DNA of 61,049 bases, counting the filler, from Hausera hauseri (taxonomy: Eukaryota): assembly GCA_046269625.1 (NCBI GenBank). It is 11 parts of 11 records of this genome, joined end to end, with 100 filler letters (N's around TTAATTAATTAA, not from the genome) between each part and the next. Parts side by side here need not be neighbours in the genome. Positions count along the whole stretch, not along the records: positions 9,020 to 14,978 come from JBJURY010163087.1; positions 15,079 to 19,972 come from JBJURY010400701.1; positions 20,073 to 26,124 come from JBJURY010147757.1; 8 more parts are not named here. The stretch is one strand, 5' to 3'. The notes under the pieces are model-generated. The model was not told the DNA's origin and ran no database searches. It was given only the letters and a program-made list of their open reading frames with translations. A program made the position numbers and the translations under genes. Of this stretch, positions 11,538 through 24,169 are shown piece by piece. Every line of letters begins with the position of its first letter. Within the stretch, counting starts at the first letter, position 1.

Positions 11538-14500
11538 CCACCCACGTTTGCTTATCGTCGTTGCATGACAAAGCGACTTTTGCACTAGTTATTGTGTACA
11601 GCTGGTTCTCAATCGATCAAATGATCGTTTGAGACACAACAACCTTTGATTCACCTTCTTCTTCTTTATAGATACGGCGATAATCACGTGGCTGATTTCC
11701 ATCTGGGACAACTAAACGCCTTTTGCGCGCAATTTTGGTCCACAGTCCGTCAGGAGACTGTAGCACTTTGGGCGCAGGGGTATCCATTCTCGGTACTGAA
11801 CACGGTTTTCGCTTTCATCCTTGAAGCAACCGATTTTGTTCGTGATGGCGTTCCTATACAGCGGATGATTTTGCGGGTAATTGGACGTGTCCAGTAGTCC
11901 ATCTGTCATCATTTTCCGGAGCAGTTGGTCGCGATTGACGTTTTTCAGCTCAAGAAAAAAGCTGTTTGTGTCACCAGCAACGATACTGATCTTACAGCCG
12001 TCTAACATTTGCCGGTAACGTGTTAAGTCGCGATACTGGAGCTCGTATATTCGCAACTTGCTCAGGTCCAATACCACTTTTCCGCTGTAACTTGACCGGT
12101 CCCGAACGACTTCTTCCCGGTGTAGTACCACCGCAATCAATTTATCGGCAATGTGCATTGACCGCCGAAACTGCGCCTTACTCGTGTATGTAACCAGCCG
12201 CTTTTTCGAGTTACATAGGCGCATATTGAGCTGCTTTTCAGATTCTCCACTGTTTTTCCATACAGGAAATTGTTTTTTAGCTTTTTTGTCCTTTTTGAAC
12301 TTTGTGCAAGCTGCAGCTTGTTTCTCCGAATTACCATCGATGTACGCCTTGAATATAGGAGCCTAAGCAAATCGGATTGCGCGATGTAGCCGTATGACGC
12401 GTACACCCAACTGCATGTAAAATTGCAACAGATGCCAATGAACTATGTAATTTTGCTTGGGTTCATACGTCCTAAGCAGCTTTTTCACCTTCGAGCCCAG
12501 CGGACATTGGATAATTGGTTCGACCGGCAGTTCATCCAGCAAGTCATGCAGTTCATCTGGTACCACGAGATCGACCTCCATCAGGTATCGGACTGAGCCT
12601 GCCATGTCTGCTCGTGGTAAGTTGACCATTATGTCGTCCAGATCTTGTCTATCGACTACCCATATAATGAACCGTACGGCAATGGTTGCGAAAGCGCCCA
12701 GCCGTACAGGTTATTAATATCAATATACAGCAGTAATGTGGTATCGGTTGTAGCACTGACTTGATGCTTGCTGACAAAAGTAATGCCACCGAGAATACCA
12801 ACATCAAACAGCCGGTGCACTTCCGGGTCTTGCAGCAGCTCAATGTCTCGATCCATTGATGTTAGAGCTGACGCCCAACTCATTTTTAGTATGGAATAAA
12901 AGTTGAGTGGCTCCAGCCTACCTTCAGCCAAGGCTTTTGCTCTAAACGCTTAAAACACATCGGCTAGCAGGTACACGTCCAGTTTAAGATACTGAAGCAT
13001 GTACTCCAACAGGTTTTTGCAGCCGAGCTCTGCCAAAAACGACTGTTCTTTGTGATATTCTTCTTCTATGATATTGGCCCATTGCGGTGGCAATTCGCTT
13101 GTCGTCTGGAGCTGCTGGTACGATATCGCAAAGTCATACGGGAATATTCCTTTGCTACCCGCAACATGCACATGGAACTGAGTCAATGTTAGTGGCACAT
13201 CTTGCAAGGCATTTACCAGCTTTGCCAGAGATTCATTGAGAAATTGCAATAAATTGAGGAAGCGTACCTGTAACCGGTTAATACGAACAGACAGTGACAG
13301 GTATTTCTTCATCGTAGTCGGAATTGTGGATAGTTCCCAGTGCGGAAAACCGTTTATTGCCAATTTCAGAATATTCTGGCAATCATAGCGCCGAAAGTTA
13401 TGAAAAATCACCGGCAAGGATAGACGCATACGCCTTGCCAAATTGCATAAATTGCATGCTGCTGCCAAATATCAACCGGTCAAATAATCGTGATCCGGTA
13501 CGAGCCGTTCCAATGCATTGAACGGTAATATTTTGTGGCACTGGTAACATTCATCGGTGGTTGCAAACATCAATGGTTTATATTCATCTGTCCACATCAA
13601 GGATTTATTGCTACTTCTACTGTACCAGGGTGCGACTTTCGTTTCTACTATTGTTTTCAACTGATGCAAGAAATCGCATACGCAGTTCCAGTCATGAAAA
13701 ACGTAATATTACTGTTGACCTGAAGCTTTTATTGGGACAACCAGCATGGCAACGGCAATTGTAATATGTTGTGCTGTAGGGTTGCCTCAATATTAGCATA
13801 TACAACGTATGCCGGACTGTCAGTTTTCGACCAGTCACTGAACCTCGGCTCCTTTTTTACTGGCATGACATACATTGTTGTTCTGTTGCATTTTGACTGC
13901 AGAATGTCGCATGCTTTTTTCATGCCGTTTGTGATCTGAAGCCGTGCAGACACACAGGACACCATTTGCATTATATTTGTTTTTTGATAAAATAATCATA
14001 GTCCATGTTCAGCAATCTATCCAAATTTATCACGGCCACGTAAAAATACTTTTCCACCTGCTCCAACAGCAACACATTTACTGGGCGTCCATTTAGATTT
14101 CGGGTTCTATAGATTATATTTACATGGTGATTCTTATAGATTTCTTCATCTACCGGTATTTTAACTATTGAGTTGTACCGAAAAACGTTGATTGACAGCG
14201 TCGGATTGCGCCGTTTAGACTTCGGAATGGTTTTTAGTTTTATCGGCATCCAGCTTTCATCAAAATCCAAATAGGAAAAATACTGCCAATACTGATTTGG
14301 ACGATTTGCATGTTTTCTGTCCACTTTGTCATATTTAAATATCGCCAGAATACTGAAAAGAAAACAATGTTCGTCGTTCTTGTTTTGCACATTTACCACC
14401 GTCAGTGACTGCTTCAGAACTGCAGGTGTCGGTATGAATGATCGCCCGGACAGGTAAATTATATTACTCGACTTTGTTATGATAAAGCGGAGAGTGACAA

Positions 14501-14939
14501 TTTTTATCATTCGCCATCCATTACCCTTTTCGATGTAGTTGGTGATTTTTTTGTCGAGATTTTCGCCTATACCGGCGATAAAATCGTCGGAATAGGGTTC
14601 GACTCGAAGTGACAGGTACCATTGTTTCCTGCCACCCTGCAGATTTTCAAATTCTGCTAGTGCATAATATTGCACTTTGAAGTGGTGTTGGTGGAATTTT
14701 CTTACTTCTGATTTCAACCGTCTGCGCACACTGGACGGAACATGCTTCAGCTGTAGTGTTGTGTTCCCCGACATGTTTACTTTCACGTCCACGTACGATT
14801 TGTTTAGAACGTACTTGACAGTTATAGAAGGTTTCTCCTGCTGCTGCTGTTCGATACTATTTCTGATGCACTCGTTAAGACTTGTGGATGCTTGACGTTT
14901 CTTGCTTGTTGTGGGGATACTGGTTTTTCCTGTCGACAT
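11538..14939 (-). pseudogene. Polinton/Adintovirus protein-primed DNA polymerase B (endonuclease VII-like domain type), frameshifted
   Basis: NVQN..DEHCFLFSILA; CYQC..DHDYLTG..ACNLCN; FHNF..YD; KGIFPY; YLKLDVYLLADVF; YIDINNLYG; NN.LYGK; GDTNSF; LRPKCY; KVALSCNDDK. Confidence 0.93.
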
Positions 14940-15078
14940 TACTATTTCCTTTTTGGACCGCTGAAACTGGTTGAAGTGNNNNNNNNNNNNNNNNNNNNNN
15001 NNNNNNNNNNNNNNNNNNNNNNTTAATTAATTAANNNNNNNNNNNNNNNNNNNNNNNNNNNNNNNNNNNNNNNNNNNN

Positions 15079-15360
15079 CTATTAAATCGTCTATCATCTC
15101 TTCTGCGATTATCTTTCCGGTTTCTATCACTACGATTATTTCGATCATTATTTCTATCATTTCTATCATTGTGTCCGGCATATCTATCAAGTGCCATTTC
15201 TAAGTCTTGTGCCAATTGCAGAGTTCTCTCGAAATTCTTAGGTCTGGCCAAAATCAACCGTTTAACTAAATCTCGGGACCAAATACCATTAATTAATTGA
15301 GTCGTCATCATGACGTCTAGATCTGGCGGGGTTGCCTTCTCCGCAGCATCACTGGTAACT
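15079..15360 (-). pseudogene. gag: Gypsy gag C-terminal capsid fragment with R/D/N-rich tail
   Basis: QLINGIWSRDLVKRLILARPKNFERTLQLAQDLE, downstream of an LTR and PBS. Confidence 0.65.
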
Positions 15361-15480
15361 TGTACCCAGAATTTAAATTTCGGTTCACGACTATATCACA
15401 GTTACTTAATGTAAGTGGCGCTGTTCGCCGGTATGTAGTTAATGAACTCTCAAAAGTAAAGTCTAGCGAGGAGCAAACTG

Positions 15481-15497
15481 TCCTTCTAGGGTCGCCA
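15481..15497 (-). promoter_or_regulatory. Primer-binding site TGGCGACCCTAGAAGGA (tRNA-Arg-like)
   Basis: Starts TGG two bases after the LTR end ...ATAACA. Confidence 0.75.
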
Positions 15498-15499
15498 AA

Positions 15500-16200
15500 T
15501 GTTATATTGGGGTGGCCCTTCTACAACTCCCACTATATAACAATAATTACACTTGAAATTTAATTAAGATCTGTATGCAGGTAAGGTCTACCGTTCTCGG
15601 AAAGACTGTTTGTGCCTTATTTATATTTATATTTTATTTCGATGCAGGGAAATGCGTTTAATTTTGTGCAGGAATCCTTTAAGAAAACTCTACTCTTAGC
15701 TATTAATTTTACTATAGAAGTTTGGACTTAATGTACGTCAAGCCACTTTTAAGAAGCGGTGAAAAACTATAGGGATTTTAAAACAAAATGACCACGAAAA
15801 CTTCAATAAAATAACTGATTACCAAGAGCTGATATAGGATACACAACAATCAATACGTTTCGTCAATGAATATCAGTTTTCTGCGAATTCCGAATCACTT
15901 CTGGACTCTGACTGTTCTCGTTTACTTCTGACTTCTCTTTGTATATATACTCGTTTAATCCAACCACCGGAAATTTATTTTGTTTTTCTATTGCATTTGC
16001 CACATTTATTCTACATATACATAATTGATCCCAATATTCAACTATTTTCCTGCGTACGTTCTATTTACAATAAATCAACCTGCGTCTTATTTACATTTAT
16101 TTTCCACCACTAAAATGTTTTTATTTATTTTCAATTAGGTCAAGAAAATCAATCTAGTGTGGTACTAACTACTCTCGACATGATTCACTACTATTTTACA
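15500..16200 (-). repeat. 701-bp 5' LTR of a Gypsy element inserted in pPolB
   Basis: Minus strand reads TGTAAAAT...ATATAACA. TATA-like TATATATA near 15945, AATAAA downstream, PBS follows. pPolB is interrupted at 16201. Confidence 0.85.
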
Positions 16201-18240
16201 ACACAACATCAAACATTCGGTACATTTCCGGGTCTTGCAATAACTCGATATCCCGATCTAGTGACATCAGAGCTGATGCCCAACTCATTCCGGGTATTGA
16301 GTAAAAGTTGAGTGTCTCCAGCCTATCTTCCGCCAACGCTTTCGCTCGAAACGCCTGGAACACATCGGCAAATAAGTACACGTCCAGTTTAAGATACTGG
16401 AGCATGTAATCCAACATGTTTCTCCAGCCCAGTTCTGCCCAAGATTTTTTTGATCTCCGATATTCATCTTCTGTGATGCCTGCCCATCGCGGCGGTAATT
16501 CCTCTGTTGTCCGGAGTCGCTTACATGATGTTGCAAATTCATATGATAATATTCCTTTGCTGCATGCAATGTGTGGGGAACTACGTTGAGGTTATAGGCA
16601 CATCCGGCAAGGCATTTACCAGCTTCGCCAATGATTCATTGAGAAATTGCAATGAATCAAGAAATCGTACCTAGAACCGGTACTTCAGGTACTTCTCCAT
16701 TGTTGTTGGGATTATGGACAGTTCCCAGTGCGGAAATCCGTTTATTGCCTATTTCAAAATATGGACACAATCATAACCTCAGAAATTATGAAAGATCACC
16801 GGTAGAAATGGCTGCACACGCCTTTTTAAACTGCATGCGTTGCATGCTGCTCCCAGGTATCGACCGGTGAAATGATCATGGTCTAGTATGAACCGTTCCT
16901 GTGCATAAAATGGCAATATTTTGTGGCAGAGGTAACATTCATCGGTGGCAGGTAAAAGCAGTGGTTCATATTCGTCTGTCCATATCAAGTCTTAGTGCTG
17001 TTGATACTGTACCACGGTGCGATTTCCGTTTGTACTATCGTTTCCAACTATTGCGGGAAATCGCGTATACAGTTCCAGTCATGAAAAACTTAGTATTGTA
17101 GTTGTCCGGCGGCTTTTATTGGAACAACCAACACACCGACGGCTATTGGAATGTGATTTTGATCGAATACGTTGTGCTGCGGTAGGATTGCCTCGATATC
17201 GGCATATACCACATACCAGAGTGCCTGTTTTTGACCAATCACTGAATTTCAGTTCCTTTTTGACTGGCATGACGTACATTGCTGTCCCTGATGAATTTTG
17301 TCTGCACAGCGCCACATGTTTTTCCATGTCGTTTTTGACCTGAAACCACGCAGACATGTAGGGCACCATTTACAGTTTATACGCTTTTTGATGAGTTGGC
17401 GGTGATTCATGTTCAGCAGCCTGTCCAAATTGGCTACTGCCATGTAGTGAAATTTATCTGTTTGCTTTAACAGCAACAAATTTACCGAGGGTTTATTCTG
17501 GTTTCGACTGCGATAAATTATATCCACGTGCGGGTTTTTGTATATCTCTTTGTCTGCTGTTGTACCTGAACATGTTGATTGCCAGTGTTGGATTACGCCG
17601 TTCAAAAAGCCGGAATGGTTTTGAGTTTCATCGGCATCCAACATTCGTCGTAGTCTAATTCTGAAAAATACTTACTGTACTGCTTTGGACAATTTGCATG
17701 ATGTTTGGACACTTGATCATATTTCAATATGGCCAGAATGCTGTAAATAAAGCAGTATTCGTCGTTAGTATTTTGTACATTCACTACCGCCGGAGACTGC
17801 TTCAAGAATGCAGGTGTCGGTATGAATGAACGTCCGGACAGGTAAATCATGTCACTCATCTTGGTCAGAATAAAGCCGATAGTGACAATCTTTACAATTC
17901 GCCTACCACTGCCCTTTTCGGTGTAGTTGGCGATTTTTTCGTCAAGCTTTTCGCCGACATTGGCAATAAAATCCTCAGAGTATTGTACGGCTCGATGTGA
18001 CAGGTAACATTGTTTTCTATCACCATGTAGATTTTTAAATTCTGCAAATGCATCATATTGCACTTTGCAGTGGTGTTGTTGGAATTTGGCCACCTCTGAT
18101 TCCAACCGGTGCATCCTTCAATTGCGTTGCTGCTTTCGCCGACATGTCCACCTTTATGTCCACGTACGATCTGTTCAGATCGTACTTGACAGTAATGGGC
18201 GGTTCACGTTCCTGCTGCTGCTGCTGCTTTTTTTGCGTCC
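16201..18240 (-). pseudogene. Second Polinton pPolB copy (N-terminal part), truncated by the LTR insertion
   Basis: Collinear with 12800-14939: NVQNTNDEYCFIYSILA, DHDHFTGRYLGAACNAC, YLKLDVYLFADVF. Confidence 0.92.
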
Positions 18241-18350
18241 ATTAATATTTCCTTTTTGGACCTCTGAAACTGGTTCAAGTGGTCCATGTAGTTGTTGTAG
18301 AATTGTTTATAGTTCACTTGCGTCTCAACTATAGAACTACATAGGCCCGT

Positions 18351-18692
18351 TTACCGTGCACCGTTGTGGTTTTTTTTTGCTATACCATAATACTGCTTCA
18401 TTGCACTATGACAACCATGAACGTTATGCACCTTACAAGTACAGTAACGTGGGTATATGGGGCAATGCACATGCATCATCGTCTTGGACTGCGTGAACGC
18501 ACCGAGATGATGCTTGTGCATCTCATAAAAGTCGGCGTACGGGCACGTGTTTTGAATAAAACTCACGGGACACAGGAACGTGTCCTTGGCCACTGAATAA
18601 TATTTGACCATTTCCTTGCGGCATTGTCCACCCTCATGTGTGCGGGAGACGCAATATATGGGATATTGCGAACATTTCTGAATGATAAACAA
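18351..18692 (-). CDS. Small Cys/His-rich Polinton accessory protein with two C-x2-YP-x-YC-x4-H-x4-C repeats
   Basis: Open ORF upstream of pPolB; internal repeat visible in the translation. Confidence 0.55.
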   Translation of the reverse strand: MFIIQKCSQYPIYCVSRTHEGGQCRKEMVKYYSVAKDTFLCPVSFIQNTCPYADFYEMHKHHLGAFTQSKTMMHVHCPIYPRYCTCKVHNVHGCHSAMKQYYGIAKKNHNGAR

Positions 18693-18857
18693 ATTAAAGT
18701 AAATGTTAAACTAAAAACAAATAAAAATGTATTAATTATAAATAAATAAATTTTACTACAATACAGCATAACTTATTCCCCTTACTGCAGTCTCCGCATT
18801 AGCCTAAATCGGCTATAAACGTTTGTCAACATTACTACCACTACTACTCTAAATCAA

Positions 18858-19127
18858 ATGGAAGAGTATATTGAAAGTGAAATTCAGAGATTGACCGATG
18901 ACATTTTGACCGGACATGTGTTTGACGTACAGTTTTTATGTGAGCTCACAGAAACGAGAATAATGAGCAGGCGAGAGTATATCGAATTGATAGTCAGATC
19001 CCTGTTCGTAAAACGTATCAAGGATGAAATGAGACGAAAACAACAACGACGTATTAATTTCCTCATTGGATTTGTATTTACTGCTTCGCTTTGTATTGTA
19101 ATGAAAAGGTTGATTGACCTTATTTAA
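18858..19127 (+). CDS. Small Polinton accessory ORF with a basic patch and C-terminal transmembrane helix
   Basis: ATG-initiated, 89 aa; RRKQQRR followed by INFLIGFVFTASLCIVM. Confidence 0.45.
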   Translation: MEEYIESEIQRLTDDILTGHVFDVQFLCELTETRIMSRREYIELIVRSLFVKRIKDEMRRKQQRRINFLIGFVFTASLCIVMKRLIDLI

Positions 19128-19233
19128 TCACAAATATATATTATTTGCTATGTTTGTTTTCGTGAATCAATATCATTTATTTGTTACATTTCTGTACAAA
19201 TACATGCGCTTCTTTGCGGTATGACATTACGAC

Positions 19234-19443
19234 ATGTCCCATTTAACGGAACTCATTCGTTTATACCACTCGTTCGACAGTCTCCGGAGTCACCTTTACA
19301 ATCTTGATCGACCGTTACATGATGCACGATACTGTTCGCCTAAAGAAATACGCCGGCGTGCTGAGGATAATTGGAGGGCACGAGAACCTTATCTACGACA
19401 TATGAAGCAGGTTGTTGGTGACATGGAATTTTTTTTTCCGTAA
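19234..19443 (+). CDS. Small putative Polinton accessory ORF
   Basis: ATG-initiated, 69 aa, in a run of compact co-oriented ORFs. Confidence 0.3.
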   Translation: MSHLTELIRLYHSFDSLRSHLYNLDRPLHDARYCSPKEIRRRAEDNWRAREPYLRHMKQVVGDMEFFFP

Positions 19444-19829
19444 GATTTTTTGCATATATGGAAAAATGACGTTGGACGATAATCCTCGTCAAGTACAATT
19501 TATGACCGATTTTGTCAAACGTGGTGGTGGTGGTCAGACGGATTACATTCCTACGTGGCAGTCAGCAGATGAAATTTGCTTGAAGAAATATTGCAAAACG
19601 ATTAATTCCGATGGTCTCAATCATTCTTCTCCTTTGGAATTGGCTAATCCGTGTGGTTTGTGTAATCCGAATTGACTCGAACGATTTAGTAGCAGTAGCA
19701 GTAGTAGTAGCAATTGTACAATACAAAAGAATAAACTTTGTTTTCTCATTACTCAAAACAATCATTATAGTGAGGTAGGTGGGAAATGGTGTTGTCTGAA
19801 AACTAGGTCACAATATTTTCAAAAATAAA

Positions 19830-19950
19830 ATTTGATATATTCAGATAGTGGATAATTTAAATAAAAAGAAATTTGACAAATAAAATAGTGGGTAATTAAT
19901 AATGGGTAATTAAATAGTGGGTAATTTAAATAAACAGAAATTTAATAATA
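19830..19950. repeat. AT-rich short tandem repeats (ATAGTGGGTAATTTAAATAAA-like), probably Polinton subterminal
   Basis: Three to four visible units. Confidence 0.55.
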
Positions 19951-20072
19951 TGTTAAAATTAATAATGAAAAGNNNNNNNNNNNNNNNNNNNNNNNNNNNN
20001 NNNNNNNNNNNNNNNNTTAATTAATTAANNNNNNNNNNNNNNNNNNNNNNNNNNNNNNNNNNNNNNNNNNNN

Positions 20073-23000
20073 GATTCAAATTGTGGACCTTGGTCCGTGA
20101 TGATGAAACGAGGTGATCCAAACCTGCTAATCCATGTGCGAATGAAAACCCTAGCTGTGGTGTCGGTGTTTGTGCTCCGCAGAGGGATGGCTTTTGGCCA
20201 TCGCGAGGAACGGTCCACCATGGTGAGGATGAATTGATGACCGTTGTTTGGAAGAAAAGGGCCAACCATTTCAAAATGCACGGACTCAAAACGCGATGTG
20301 CAGGGGAAGTGGAATAGTGATGGCTTTAAATGCTTAGCTGTTTTGTATTTTTGGCACGCCACACACTCCTTAACCCATGCTTTCACATCAGAACGCATTG
20401 ATGGCCAAATTACTTATCGATGGAGTAGACGAAAAGTGGCTTTAACACCAGGATGGTATGGTAAATGCACGCTGTGAAATGATTGCTTTTGCATTGATGG
20501 TGTTAGAATTATTACGGAATGGCATGGTTTGGAAGTGTCTAAAGCCACGCCGTCAACGATTGTGCAAGACTTATAAGAATTAAACATGTCCTGAGGTGGC
20601 TGGTTCTGTTTAAGTTGGTCTTGCGTAAAAATGGGAGAAAAGTTAATTGAACTAACCGACCTAGATAAAAAATCAGCAACTAAATTGTTAACCCCATTAA
20701 TGTATTTAATATCGAAGTTAAATGTCGATAAGTATAATATTTGTCGTTCTTGGCGTGTGGAAGGGTGTTTCGTGGCCATGATATTATGTAAGGGCTTGTG
20801 ATCGGTTTGTAGAGTGAAATGACGAGCTACAAGTAGGTGTGAGAAATGCCTTAAAGCGAGAACGATGGCCAATAGTTCTCGATCGAACGTGAAATATCTG
20901 GTTTCAGGTGCTGTTAGCTTGCGAGAGAAAAATTCTAATGGTTGATTTTCTCCCTTTTAGATCTGGTGGAGTACAGCGCCTACAGCAGTGGTTGTCGCGT
21001 CTGTGGTAAGGATGAGTTGTGCATCAGGCTTGGGGAAAGCTAGAATATCGACGGTATTGATTCCTTCGCGTAGCTTGTCAAATTTGTCAACCAATTTAGG
21101 TGTCTACTGGATTGGCTGATGTTTTTTGCTGCCGCTTAGGTGTGCGAATGGTGCTGTCAATTCGGAGCAATAACGTACGTATTTATGTACAAAGTGTAGT
21201 GTGCCAAGGAAGCTGCGCATTTCGGTGGTTGTACGTGGCAACTGGGTGTTTTTAAGAGCTTCGAATCGGTCTGATTGGGGAGAATGACCGTCTGGTGTAA
21301 TAATGTGGCCTAAAAGGTTAATGCACTTTTTGAATAAATGTCATTTGTCGAAATTGATTTGGAAATTATGGTGGTTAAGACGTGGAAATATTGCGCGAAG
21401 GTGTTCTTCGTGTTGTTTGGCCCAAGGTGAAACGACTAGAATATCATCAATATAAGGGTGTGCAAACGGTAAATCTAAAAGAATTGAATCAATGTGCAGC
21501 TGAAAAGTTTGTGCGGCATTCCGCAAACCGAATGGCATAAACAGGTATTCATACAGGCCAAAAGGATTAGTTACAGTAGTTTTTTCTATGTCTTCCGGTG
21601 CTACCGGTATTTGATGGTGTGCTTTAGCTAAATCAATGGTTGAATAGATGGTGGTTGAATTAAGACGATGCAAGATATCCTTGATGAAGGTACGCATTTA
21701 TGATAGTCAAGTTGTTCAGCTGTCGGTAGTCACCGCATGGTCTAAAAGTACCGTCTTTTTTGTACAACGTGTAACGGTGATGACCAAGGAGATTTTGAAC
21801 GGCGTACTATGCCGGAGCGTTCTAGTTCAAGAAATTCGGCTTCTACGGCCTGTCTACGACGAGGTGACAGAAGCCGTACCTTTTGGCATATTGGTCGTTT
21901 ATGCTGTGTAACTATATGGTGTAAAGTACTGCTTGAGGGAGTAAACGTACGGTCTTTTCTAAGTACGCGTGGACATGATGTGTTGACGAATTGCTGTAAA
22001 GTTGTAGGTAACTGTGAGAGATTTGGTAGAAGTGGTAAAATGACTTGATTAGTAGCGAATGCAATTTGTGAGTTGTTAGGTAATGTGCAGTCAAGTGGTA
22101 TGTGGTGTAAGACGGTCGAATTGAAAATGGTGTTGTATGAAGTATTTTGTCGAATAAATTAACGTTGGTGGCAGTACCACAATTATCGACATCGAACCTC
22201 AATCAAATATTAGTATTATTATTTAAAAATTTACAAATTGAGTTATTATTATGGAAATTGGAATTATTTATTGACTTTTTTAAGATTGATCTCCGCGTTC
22301 CTGTCGACTGCGCGGTAGTCGAAATGCTATTGCCATGTCCAGAAATGTCGCCAGTGGTGCCGTTCCTCAAACATCGCTGACTGCAGTCAACCAGTAAATT
22401 ATAGTGTGAGAGAAAGTCGGATCCTAGAATTGCCGTCTGGATGTTAGCGACTGTGAACGTCCAGTGGAAAGGTGAAGGAAAATTTGGTAAAGTGAAAGAC
22501 AATTTAGCCATGCCAGAAATGTGCAGCGGTTGGCCTGAAGCAGTGTATAAGGGCTTAAGTCTGAATGGAGAATTTTGTACAGGAAAGGTTTGTGGTAATA
22601 AAGAAATCGCTGCACCTGTATCAATGAGAAAGTCAACAGATTGCGTTGTAGGAGCAGTGATTGTAGCCTTTAGAGTAAAGACAGCAAAAGAGACGTGTCG
22701 GCGTTCAAAAAGTGAAGTAATGTCTTTGCCAGAGTTTGCCGTGACTTCTGGCGGCGAACTTAGTTTTTTTTGAAAGGGTGAATTAGGACGACTATTAGAA
22801 GGAAAGGCAGAACGTCCGTCGTTCGTGTTTGATTTGAAAGTGCAGCCTGGGATACATTTACGAGCTTGGTTTTTGAACCTTGCATGGTAGATGCAAACAA
22901 CGATGTCCGAAGAAAAACATTTGTTATAAAATTTGCACCCTAGGCAGCACTTCTAAGCATTAGTTTTAAATATGCTGTAATAATAGCAGATCGACGAACG

Positions 23001-24160
23001 CGCAGGCAATGGTGAGCGGTTTCTAGACGTAAAACGAACGCGGTCAGCGGCAAAACCCCCTCTGCGCGACAGAGACAATTCGTTTAATTTATTATTATTA
23101 TTGTTGATTGTTGCATGTAGTGCAATATTTTCAGCACGTAGCTGATTAAGCTGTTGTTCTATGGATGTATTATTGGTTTGAATATCGTTAGCGGCAACTG
23201 CTGCTGAAACAACTAATGGAGAAATTACGTGTAGGACGTCGTGTGTCCTATCAGCTAATTCGGCTAATTTCTCAATCAGCGTGGAGTCCTCCACTACGGT
23301 AATTAGGGCCCGGATTTGGATAAATAACGCATTGAGGAAATAGTGGCGCAGTAGTTCTGGATTATGTTCCTTAGTGACGCCGAGGGTATGTAGATGTGCT
23401 AAGAAGGTACGTAAGAATTCTGATGGTCGTTGGGTGCCTATAACGTTGTCGTGGAAGAAACGTTGTATGACTGTGACCATGGAAGGTTCTGTGATCTTAA
23501 GAACTGTGTTGGAAAGTTGGGAATTTGGGTCACGGAGTTCGAAGATTTCGGTGATGTTGTAAATGCGGGTTTTGATGTTATTAGGCAGTAAGAAAAGAAG
23601 GTTATGTGCCTTAGTTAGAGAGTCGATAATGTTATTTGCCTGCAGCCATAGTTGATGGAATTGCAACGAAGTTTTGCTGGATCCTTGGTTGTTAATAAAG
23701 AAGTCGGTGCAGTTTGGCAAAGGAGAGGAAGAGGTAATGGATGGGAGGTTGCTCGCAGGGGTAGAAATGGATTTTTGAAGCAATATGACAGGTTTTGGTT
23801 TCGTGTTGGTTTTATCCGTGGTGTCTGCGGTTGGCGAAGAGTTTATGCCACCCCGGATATGGAGATTTATGTGGAGATAAGTGTGGCTTCAGAAAGTGAT
23901 AGGGTTCCGGTTAGGGGTATTATAGAACCGTTATGTATTATAGAACCGTTAAGTAAGAAAGAAATAAAGGTACGAAGGGTTGCAATATGTAAATGTGGTG
24001 TAGTGAATGTGTAAATGTGTATTATTGAGGAAAAGAAAAATAGAAAGGGGGAAGTAGTATGCCTGGGAGCGTGGTGTGAGGTCAATGCGAAAGGCGCCGT
24101 CTGACCGACCGGCGCATGGGTGACGGCCGGTCCCCCGCCGAGGCGCGGCGGGCCCCAAAT
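20073..24160 (-). mobile_element. Degenerate CsRn1-like Ty3/Gypsy element: LTR end cap, gag, PR, RT, RH, INT (3' end cut by contig end)
   Basis: Gag 22953-23783; CHCC knuckle CIYHARFKNQARKCIPGC; protease FLIDTGAAISLL (~22620); RT YIDD; RH TDHKPL; INT TDQGPQF. Confidence 0.95.
24075..24160 (-). repeat. GC-rich LTR end cap (...CCTCACA)
   Basis: Homologous to 53502-53630 and followed by the same pyrimidine-rich leader; contains hairpin GACCGGC..GCCGGTC. Confidence 0.75.
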
Positions 24161-24169
24161 TGCAGGGTG

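Noticed and set aside
19830-19950. CRISPR-like array (also 60740-61049)
   Set aside because: These are degenerate AT-rich tandem repeats without unique spacers, in a eukaryotic context with no cas genes.
24075-24160. GC-rich caps as hammerhead or HDV-like ribozymes or tRNA-derived SINEs
   Set aside because: Hairpins are present, but I found no CUGANGA/GAAA core, convincing nested double pseudoknot or A/B boxes by eye. TG..CA ends and PPT adjacency fit LTR termini better.
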